A stretch of DNA of 33,644 bases, from positions 1 through 33,644 of IMG/VR virus record IMGVR_UViG_3300042260_000028. One strand, 5' to 3'. The DNA is from a virus (Duplodnaviria > Caudoviricetes). Every line of letters begins with the position of its first letter. Positions within the stretch are counted from its first letter, which is position 1. The position numbers were made by a program, and so were the translations under genes. The notes beneath the pieces are model-generated. The model ran no database searches. It was given only the letters and a program-made list of their open reading frames with translations, and was not told the origin of the DNA. Positions 27,535 through 33,644 of this stretch are shown here, in pieces.

Positions 27535-28291
27535 TGTATTTCCTTTTCAAGTAGTCAATAGACAGTAGCATCTCATCGAAGCCTCCATCCTTGACATCAT
27601 TTAACATTACCAAGCCTCGCCAATGGCTATTGCTCAGTTGATCCATATAGTCTTCATCATGTAGATAGTAACTACCTGCAATGATAGCACAGATAGGTTT
27701 CCCATCAGCACGTTTACCGTAGGCAATCTGTTTCCCCTGTTGATGGCCGGCAACACAAGACATATGTAGCTTGTTAATAATAGCAGCAGCACTTCCAGCG
27801 GGGCGACCCATAGCACCGACAGGCCAATAGTGATTAAAGCCAACACCATTGATAAATATAGGATGAAGGAACTCATGAACTTCCCAATCCTTGTCGTAAT
27901 CCAAGTCTTTAACACTGATCAATCCTTCCAAGGTAGGGTTGTTGTTAACAGCATGGTTAATACGATTCTCATGGTTGCCTAGAGTGAGTATCATCTTAGG
28001 CTTGTACACCTTGTGCTTGGACTCCTTCTGAGTCCTCTGCAAGTCACGCAGAGGTTGCAGAAGCTTCTTCATAGCCTCCTTAACAACCTCTACATCTTTC
28101 TTGTAGCGTAGACCTTCAAAGTACTTAGAGCCTTTGACATCGTGAGTGGACAGTGATGGCATGTCTGCAAAGTCACCGATGTTTACAACAACATCAGGTC
28201 GATAGTCACAGATAGCCTTTCCTGCCCACTCAAGATGATCCAGAGGCACTCCTTCTTTGACTTGACAGTCAGGAATGACTAGGATCTTCAT
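27521..28291 (-). CDS. Calcineurin-like metallophosphoesterase
   Basis: VIPDCQ, IGDFAD, LGNHE and GHQQ motifs; start set at ATG 28291. Confidence 0.85.
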   Translation of the reverse strand: MKILVIPDCQVKEGVPLDHLEWAGKAICDYRPDVVVNIGDFADMPSLSTHDVKGSKYFEGLRYKKDVEVVKEAMKKLLQPLRDLQRTQKESKHKVYKPKMILTLGNHENRINHAVNNNPTLEGLISVKDLDYDKDWEVHEFLHPIFINGVGFNHYWPVGAMGRPAGSAAAIINKLHMSCVAGHQQGKQIAYGKRADGKPICAIIAGSYYLHDEDYMDQLSNSHWRGLVMLNDVKDGGFDEMLLSIDYLKRKYNGGE

Positions 28292-28293
28292 GC

Positions 28294-28584
28294 TCACCAC
28301 TCTCCGAGCTTATCATCACCTGCTTCTTCATCGTCATTAAAGTAACCACCTGTCCAAGGATCAAGGTAGTCATGATGATGTTCATACATTGAAGATAACC
28401 AGCAAGGCTCCTGCAAGCGAACCTTAGGCATAATCTCATACTGATAAATAGACTCCAAGAAGCGAATATAGTCATTCAAGCACTCTGACCATGTAGCTCC
28501 GGGTGTCTCAATCTGTTTATTGTATACTTTGCCATCACAGTCTGTATACGAGAAACCATAGGATTGCATAATTTCATCATTCAT
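28294..28584 (-). CDS. Hypothetical protein
   Basis: 96-aa acidic ORF coupled to the upstream gene by an ATGA overlap. Confidence 0.7.
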   Translation of the reverse strand: MNDEIMQSYGFSYTDCDGKVYNKQIETPGATWSECLNDYIRFLESIYQYEIMPKVRLQEPCWLSSMYEHHHDYLDPWTGGYFNDDEEAGDDKLGEW

Positions 28585-28889
28585 CGCTCATCTCCTTCAC
28601 CTGTCAAGGTATTGTTTGTTTGTCGTGCTGCAAGTTTACGTAAGTTCTGACTGGCAATATCTGCCAAGCTCCAACCCATCACTGTAGACAAGCCAGCAAT
28701 CTGCCATAACACATCACCAGCTTCCTTTTGCATACCTACTTCGTCCAAAACACCATCTCGAATCCACTTGGCATACTTACCCGCCACTTCACCAGCTTCA
28801 GAGGTAAGGTTAGATACCATGTAAGCAGGGTTCTTAGCTGTCTCTAACGCTGTCTTGAACGCTAGTTCTTGATACTCTTCAAATGTCAT
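28581..28889 (-). CDS. mazG: MazG-like NTP pyrophosphohydrolase
   Basis: EAGEVAGK, KEAGDVLW, NLRKL and GEGDER motifs. Confidence 0.85.
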   Translation of the reverse strand: MTFEEYQELAFKTALETAKNPAYMVSNLTSEAGEVAGKYAKWIRDGVLDEVGMQKEAGDVLWQIAGLSTVMGWSLADIASQNLRKLAARQTNNTLTGEGDER

Positions 28890-29511
28890 TCAATGCTCCC
28901 ATTATACTTGGAAATAGTTTAGTCAGTTCATCACGGCACTTCTCAGCAACCTCTCGATGTTCCTTCTGCGTAGCCTTGTCACAGCGAATATCCACATAGT
29001 GAAGCCAACTACGCAGTGTACCGTTCATGTACAGCCTGCTCATAGTCAATCCTTCAGGCAGTAGCTTTCGTGCTTGTTCCTTGGCAACCCCTTTGGCAAG
29101 AGCCATGTTATAAACCAGTTCAGCGTCATCGCGAATCCTTTGTTGTGCCTTAAACCACCAAGAGTGCAGATCTGAGTCTCCAACCTCGATGCTGTTCTGT
29201 CGGTTCCTGATGTCCTGTAGGCGTACCTCAGACAACTCGAAACCTTGTACAGAAGCGTATCGCTGAGAGAACTCCTGAAAGCTAAAGCTACGATGGCGAA
29301 GGATCTGCCGTGCAATGTCACGGGTAGTCTCAATCTCCATACATACGTTAGCCATCTCAAATGGACTCCAGTGCTTATGCTTGATCAGATACTTCAGAAG
29401 CTTAGGAGCTGTCTCTTGAGCATTCTGGTTCTCAGGGTTACTCACACGAGCACAGTATGCCACTGCTTCCTCAGCATTCGGTGTAGCCCACACTACTTTA
29501 ACTACTGACAT
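28879..29511 (-). CDS. thyX: Flavin-dependent thymidylate synthase
   Basis: ThyX motif RHRSFSFQEFSQRY, HWSPFE, KEQARKLLP, QKEHR; start set at ATG 29511. Confidence 0.95.
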   Translation of the reverse strand: MSVVKVVWATPNAEEAVAYCARVSNPENQNAQETAPKLLKYLIKHKHWSPFEMANVCMEIETTRDIARQILRHRSFSFQEFSQRYASVQGFELSEVRLQDIRNRQNSIEVGDSDLHSWWFKAQQRIRDDAELVYNMALAKGVAKEQARKLLPEGLTMSRLYMNGTLRSWLHYVDIRCDKATQKEHREVAEKCRDELTKLFPSIMGALNDI

Positions 29512-29668
29512 CAACACCCTCAACTTTCAATTTATCACCTTCTCGAATCCCTGCCTTTAGAGCTTCTAGGATTCCCAACCGAAGAAGCGAAGCAGCCTCT
29601 TCCGCTGTCAGGTCAAAGTTATAGCTTGCACTACCGTCTTCGTTCTCTTTAATAAGCTCAACGTTCAT
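29498..29668 (-). CDS. Small hypothetical protein, not in the ORF track
   Basis: MNVELIKENEDGSASYNFDLTAEEAASLLRLGILEALKAGIREGDKLKVEGVDVSS (56 aa); RBS ggag; fills the gap between the endonuclease and thyX. Confidence 0.7.
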   Translation of the reverse strand: MNVELIKENEDGSASYNFDLTAEEAASLLRLGILEALKAGIREGDKLKVEGVDVSS

Positions 29669-30068
29669 TTATCCACTCCGTTGGGATAGTCTTATCAGCG
29701 AACAAGTATCCGTGCTTCCTGCACCACATAGCATACGTTGTCTTAGACGCTTTGCTGATACGTGCATTGGAATTACTGAATACAAACCTAATGTCTAAAT
29801 CTGGATTATGTTTCTTGACCATCAGGTGCTTCATCCGGTCAGCTAGGAGGAATCTCCCCTTAGTCTCCACGATGATACCGTTGGCAAGCACAAAGTCAGG
29901 TGTGTATATATGCTCAGAAGCAGGTCGAATGTACTTCAACTTGACCTTCTCATACGTATACTCCACCCCTAACTGATCCAGTTGTTCCGCTATGCGCTCT
30001 TCGAGTCCGCTACGGAATCCGTACTTTGTTGCAACTTGTTTGGCAGTAAATTTACGTCCGGTTGCCAT
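29658..30068 (-). CDS. T7 endonuclease I-like Holliday junction resolvase
   Basis: FRSGLE, YTPDF, IVETKGRF, DIRFVF and TTYAMWC motifs. Confidence 0.92.
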   Translation of the reverse strand: MATGRKFTAKQVATKYGFRSGLEERIAEQLDQLGVEYTYEKVKLKYIRPASEHIYTPDFVLANGIIVETKGRFLLADRMKHLMVKKHNPDLDIRFVFSNSNARISKASKTTYAMWCRKHGYLFADKTIPTEWINER

Positions 30069-30766
30069 AACTCTCCTTCATATCGTCTCAGCCACAAGAG
30101 CTGTCCCTGTTCCGTAAAGTATTCCATCGTATGACCGTGTTCTTGATACTTTTCCCACGCTGCTTGTAAAAGCCCTTCTTTCGTCTTTGCGTCTTTGAGA
30201 GCTTTCTCAGCCTTTTTAGGGCCAATTCCTGCCAAGCACGGGATGTTGTCAATCCGATCCCCCGTAAGTAACTGCGAAACAAAAGACTTAAAGGCGTTAA
30301 AATCATCGACATAGTATCTCTCATCTTTGACAGGGTTGTAGTGCCATCCTTGAAGCTGATCCAAGTCCTTATCCACATGAACGATCCAGCAATTGTCTAA
30401 CATCTTGGTCGATTCAATGGCTACGGTATCGTCAGCTTCCTCGCCAACTGTAAGGATAGCTTCGTGACGCTTGACTAGATGCTCCCGTAAGGCTTCGTAG
30501 TGCTTAGGTCGTTGAACATCCTTACGGTTGCCTTTGTATGGCACTGTCTTGGCAATGTCATAACGGTAGTTAGATTTACCTGTGATCCACGCTTTGTATT
30601 CATCAGCCTTGAGATTCACATAGATAAAGTCTTCTAACCACTCCGTTAATCTAGCCTTGGCAATGCCGACTGGCTCGTCCTCGGTACTGAATCCAATACG
30701 GTAGACAAGAAAGTCAGCATCGACCAGTGCAATCTTAGGCGAATCGTCAGAGCACGTCTGAGTCAT
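29990..30766 (-). CDS. 5'-3' exonuclease (T7 gp6-like)
   Basis: LVDAD, YKGNR, EADD, DKDLDQ, GDRIDNIP and GIGPKKA motifs. Start uncertain (30766 or 30796). Confidence 0.9.
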   Translation of the reverse strand: MTQTCSDDSPKIALVDADFLVYRIGFSTEDEPVGIAKARLTEWLEDFIYVNLKADEYKAWITGKSNYRYDIAKTVPYKGNRKDVQRPKHYEALREHLVKRHEAILTVGEEADDTVAIESTKMLDNCWIVHVDKDLDQLQGWHYNPVKDERYYVDDFNAFKSFVSQLLTGDRIDNIPCLAGIGPKKAEKALKDAKTKEGLLQAAWEKYQEHGHTMEYFTEQGQLLWLRRYEGELWQPDVNLLPNKLQQSTDSVADSKSA

Positions 30767-31163
30767 CTTCGCCTTCAGCGCCCTCACCGTAGACAACCAA
30801 GTCAGTCACGATGATCTTACCGATAGAAGGGGCAGCACCGAACTTAGCTGACATCTTGTGACGGTAGGAGCCAACCAAAGCTGTCACCTTAGTGCCGTTA
30901 CCAATCTTGCTAATGTCAACAGCGTTGCCTTCAGTGTCCACAGGCTCGAACACAAACTTGGACTTACCTACAATGTAGTTACCCATTGTGTCCTTGTTCT
31001 TGATCACAATACCTTGTGCCTTCAACGCCTCACAAGCCTTGTCAGACAGCATACCGAGTGTACATTCGTACTTGGTGTTGTCCTCGTTGAACTTGGTGTT
31101 GAACTCTTTCATCCAGTTAGCCCAGAAGAGTTGACCGGAGACTTTGGCGGGTTTGTTATCCAT
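30747..31163 (-). CDS. Single-stranded DNA-binding protein (T7 gp2.5-like, putative)
   Basis: IGNGTKV OB-fold-type motif, acidic C-terminal tail EGAEGEDDSDVL, RBS gagg, biased codons, replication context. Confidence 0.7.
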   Translation of the reverse strand: MDNKPAKVSGQLFWANWMKEFNTKFNEDNTKYECTLGMLSDKACEALKAQGIVIKNKDTMGNYIVGKSKFVFEPVDTEGNAVDISKIGNGTKVTALVGSYRHKMSAKFGAAPSIGKIIVTDLVVYGEGAEGEDDSDVL

Positions 31164-31215
31164 GATTTAATTTCCTCTTTAAAATGTTGATGCCGTCTTT
31201 CCGTGCTGTCATGTT

Positions 31216-31300
31216 TGGTACGCCTAACCTGAGTCGAACAGGTACGCCTTTCGGCGGGAGATTTTAAGTCTCCTGTGTCTACCAGTTTCACCATAGGCGC
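31216..31300 (-). tRNA. trnL: tRNA-Leu (anticodon UAA) with encoded CCA
   Basis: Acceptor stem gcgccta/taggcgt, D-loop tggta, anticodon arm ggaga-ctTAAaa-tctcc, variable arm gcc-gaaa-ggc, T arm acctg-ttcgact-caggt, 3' ACCA. Confidence 0.96.
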
Positions 31301-31309
31301 ATATCTAAT

Positions 31310-31337
31310 ATTGTACACTGCTTTTCAGCAATGTCAA
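31310..31337 (-). promoter_or_regulatory. Sigma70 promoter for the tRNA and downstream replication genes
   Basis: Minus strand TTGACA (31337-31332), 16-nt spacer, TACAAT (31315-31310), ending 9 nt before the tRNA 5' end. Confidence 0.7.
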
Positions 31338-32050
31338 TGAGTTTCTAATCTATTTTTCAACAAGACCCAAGCTGATGAAGCGCAGAGGGGTACTTGGCCG
31401 TTGCCAATGGCTTTAAGTCTGTCCACCCTAGCGGCCACCCCATCATCCACTCTGTGAATTCCGGATGAATCTTTCCACCAACGTGAGTCGCAAGTGTTGG
31501 AGTCTTTCTGGTGTACTCTGCTGGGTAAGCTCCTTCCTTTGCGTTGTGACACGTTGGTGTTGGTAGCAACGATCCACATTCTTGCCCTCTTGTGATTAGC
31601 GCCAATGGAGCTTGATGGTAACACTCCCCATTCAGCATTGTACCCCAATGAGGCAAGGTCGTGGAGTACAGTACCGAGTCCTCTAGTGCGGAGCAACGCG
31701 GAGTTTTCAATGAAAGCGTAAGCTGGCTCGACTTCTCCAATGATTCTAGCCATGTGTTTCCACATACTTGAACGCTCTCCTTCAATTCCTGCTCCTGCTC
31801 CTGCTGAACTGATATCTTGGCACGGAAATCCTCCCGAAACAACGTCAACAATTCCTCTCCACGGCTTTCCGTCAAAGGTTTGTACGTCATCCCAAATCGG
31901 GAAACTCGGGAGAAGTCCATCATTTTGGCGGGCGCACAATACGCTAGCTGGGTAGGGTTCCCACTCAACGGCGCAGACTGTTCGCCATCCGAGAAGTTTT
32001 CCCCCAAGTATTCCTCCACCAGCGCCTGCGAATAAAGCCAACTCATTCAT
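31334..32050 (-). CDS. C5-cytosine DNA methyltransferase, catalytic (alpha-like) chain with motifs I-VIII and X
   Basis: LFAGAGG (I), GGFPCQD (IV), FIENS (VI), HKRARMWIVA (VIII), RLKAIGNGQV (X); no motif IX in this frame; start set at ATG 32050. Confidence 0.9.
   Translation of the reverse strand: MNELALFAGAGGGILGGKLLGWRTVCAVEWEPYPASVLCARQNDGLLPSFPIWDDVQTFDGKPWRGIVDVVSGGFPCQDISSAGAGAGIEGERSSMWKHMARIIGEVEPAYAFIENSALLRTRGLGTVLHDLASLGYNAEWGVLPSSSIGANHKRARMWIVATNTNVSQRKGRSLPSRVHQKDSNTCDSRWWKDSSGIHRVDDGVAARVDRLKAIGNGQVPLCASSAWVLLKNRLETH
31357..32046 (-). CDS. Overlapping +1-frame methyltransferase beta-like chain (TRD and motif IX)
   Basis: 229-codon open frame nested in the MTase gene with its own ATG 4 nt downstream; LPTPT...TPTL...GGKIHPEFTEWMMGWPLGWT resembles the TRD and motif IX. 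Confidence 0.72.
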   Translation of the reverse strand: MSWLYSQALVEEYLGENFSDGEQSAPLSGNPTQLAYCAPAKMMDFSRVSRFGMTYKPLTESRGEELLTLFREDFRAKISVQQEQEQELKESVQVCGNTWLESLEKSSQLTLSLKTPRCSALEDSVLYSTTLPHWGTMLNGECYHQAPLALITRGQECGSLLPTPTCHNAKEGAYPAEYTRKTPTLATHVGGKIHPEFTEWMMGWPLGWTDLKPLATAKYPSALHQLGSC

Positions 32051-32062
32051 AACCACCTTTCA

Positions 32063-33643
32063 TTAGTGTGTTTCTCTCCAGTTTCTTCCAATCTTGTATT
32101 CCCCGTCTAAGGGGCATCTAAGCTTGAAAGCCTCGCCTGCCTCAATGATACTCTGTCTGAAGGCTTTGCCGACCTCCTCAGCAATATCTTTAGGGCATTC
32201 GATCTGAGCCTCATCGTGAACATTGGCAACATATTTGATCTGCCAGTTGTTAGCTATAACCTTGTCGTCAAACAAGACCAAAGCCTTCTTCATCACGACT
32301 GCTCCAGCACCTTGGAGGAGCGAATTGAGAGCCGCATGCTCGGATCGAACCCAAATACGCCTCCCATCAAGTCCGGGAACCCATCCTTTGGCGGCTTGCT
32401 TTCCGACTCGTTCGAGAAGTTTAGCGAGGGCCGGTGTTTGCGATAGGAACTTGGCTTTGAGCTTTGTTCCATCTCTTGCACTGCCTCCCACAATGCTACC
32501 AATCTTTGCATCTCCCGCACCATAGAGGAAGGCGTAGATAAAAGTCTTTGCATTATCTCTAGAAGCGAGTCCTGCTGCTCTTTGGTTAACCGTGTGAACA
32601 TCCGTTCCATCTTTAGATGATCCCTCACAGACAGTTCTGACATAATCTTCATCCTTCATATAGTGAGCCAACATACGAAGCTCCAGACCTGAAGCATCGC
32701 AACCTACCAACACATTACCATCCTCTACAGTCCAGCATTCCCGGCACTCAGGCCCATAGATGGAACCTGCGTTGGGGATCTGAGCCATGTTAGGGCTACT
32801 GTGTGTCATCCGGCCTGTAACAGCACCGTTAGTGATGACCTTACCGTGTACCCTACCGTCTTTACCTACAGCTTCTAGCCACGATTCAATCTGACTGATA
32901 CGCTTGTTAAGCATAAGGTACTCAGCAATGATCTGAGCCTCTGGTATCTTAACATTAGCGAGCACAGTTTCATCAATCTTAGGCTGTCCTGTCTCGGTAA
33001 ACTCCTTGGGCTTCCAACCAAGTTCCTTCAGCTTCTCTCCGATCTGTTGTCTACTTCCGGGGTTGAAAGTAACCACGCTGTCCTTGAGTCTCTTTCCAGT
33101 TTTGTCAGAGAATCGCTCAAGTGTGACTGGAGGCCATCTCTCTTGCATTCGCTCATATATTCCTGCCACTTTTGACTTGATGTCAGTAAGTAAACAGGTT
33201 GTGTGGATCTGGTCAAGTTTGAACCCTGCCCTTTCTTGCTTGGCGATGATTGATGCAACACGATGCTCTAAGTCTACCGATTCTTGGCTAAACTGTTTTT
33301 GCTCCAGTTCACTAACCAAGTGAAGATATAACTTAGCAGTAACTTCAACGTCCCTAATGCAATAATGATTAAGAAGGTCGCTAATAGGGAAGTCGAAACA
33401 CTCACCTTTATACTCCTCTTTCCTGTCCATCATCCACTGCCATACGGCGGTGTAGTCAATCTTGTTGAACCCTAGAGTTCGTCCCCACGCTTCTAGGCTG
33501 TGTCCTGTCTCGCGACTCGGGTCTAAAAGACGACTTACTATCAATGTATCGTACACTTGACTCAAACGAATCTTCGTCTTCCATAAGCGATTCAATACTG
33601 GTGCATCGAAACTTATGCCGTTGTGCATGACTATCAACGACAC
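32063..33643 (-). CDS. DNA polymerase family A, T7-like (5' part outside the window)
   Basis: Exo II HNGISFD, Exo III YCIRD, TGRMTH, motif A DASGLELR, motif B RDNAKTFIYAFLYG, motif C VHDE. Confidence 0.96.
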   Translation of the reverse strand: MSLIVMHNGISFDAPVLNRLWKTKIRLSQVYDTLIVSRLLDPSRETGHSLEAWGRTLGFNKIDYTAVWQWMMDRKEEYKGECFDFPISDLLNHYCIRDVEVTAKLYLHLVSELEQKQFSQESVDLEHRVASIIAKQERAGFKLDQIHTTCLLTDIKSKVAGIYERMQERWPPVTLERFSDKTGKRLKDSVVTFNPGSRQQIGEKLKELGWKPKEFTETGQPKIDETVLANVKIPEAQIIAEYLMLNKRISQIESWLEAVGKDGRVHGKVITNGAVTGRMTHSSPNMAQIPNAGSIYGPECRECWTVEDGNVLVGCDASGLELRMLAHYMKDEDYVRTVCEGSSKDGTDVHTVNQRAAGLASRDNAKTFIYAFLYGAGDAKIGSIVGGSARDGTKLKAKFLSQTPALAKLLERVGKQAAKGWVPGLDGRRIWVRSEHAALNSLLQGAGAVVMKKALVLFDDKVIANNWQIKYVANVHDEAQIECPKDIAEEVGKAFRQSIIEAGEAFKLRCPLDGEYKIGRNWRETH

Positions 33644-33644
33644 G

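Noticed and set aside
27067-29511. Modified-base pathway (dZ, deazaguanine, hydroxymethyl-pyrimidine)
   Set aside because: No purZ, queuosine-pathway, dpdA or hydroxymethylase gene is recognisable in this window.
31216-31300. tRNA as a prophage attachment site
   Set aside because: No integrase, no duplicated tRNA 3' end, and phage genes on both sides.
22838-33261. Other same-strand alternative-frame ORFs on the minus arm (e.g. 29046-29360, 30088-30378, 32293-32652)
   Set aside because: Short, without clear RBS or motifs. Unlike 31357-32046, they do not span the host gene or supply a missing conserved motif.
24269-33643. Introns, inteins or homing endonucleases in nrdA, nrdB, thyX or pol
   Set aside because: All reading frames are continuous and compact, with no splicing or HNH/LAGLIDADG motifs.

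Overview
This is a large part of a lytic podovirus (short-tailed dsDNA phage) genome with two converging arms. The + arm (about 370-22635) carries terminase small and large subunits, a P22-like portal, a collagen/beta-propeller fibre, scaffold, major capsid, tail fibre with glycine-rich tip and chaperone, tail adaptor and nozzle, three ejection proteins and a lysis cassette. The - arm (33644 down to 22683) carries a T7-like family A DNA polymerase (5' part outside the window), a C5 DNA methyltransferase, tRNA-Leu(UAA), SSB, exonuclease, endonuclease I, ThyX, MazG-like protein, metallophosphoesterase, DUF3310 protein, class I RNR beta and alpha, glutaredoxin, PhoH and a ClpP-like protease. The arms meet at a bidirectional terminator. 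The layout resembles Zobellviridae/LUZ24-type podoviruses (inference). Sigma70 promoters and an IHF consensus site suggest a proteobacterial host. The most notable observations are: (1) a methyltransferase apparently split over two almost fully overlapping same-strand reading frames that start at ATGAATG behind one RBS, in a cassette that repeats the polymerase C-terminal ETH-stop; (2) a roughly 290-nt, heavily base-paired non-coding stretch between a perfect sigma70 promoter and terS, next to a 20-bp-period repeat array and an IHF site; (3) mosaic receptor-binding modules. All calls come from motif recognition by eye; no database searches were run.
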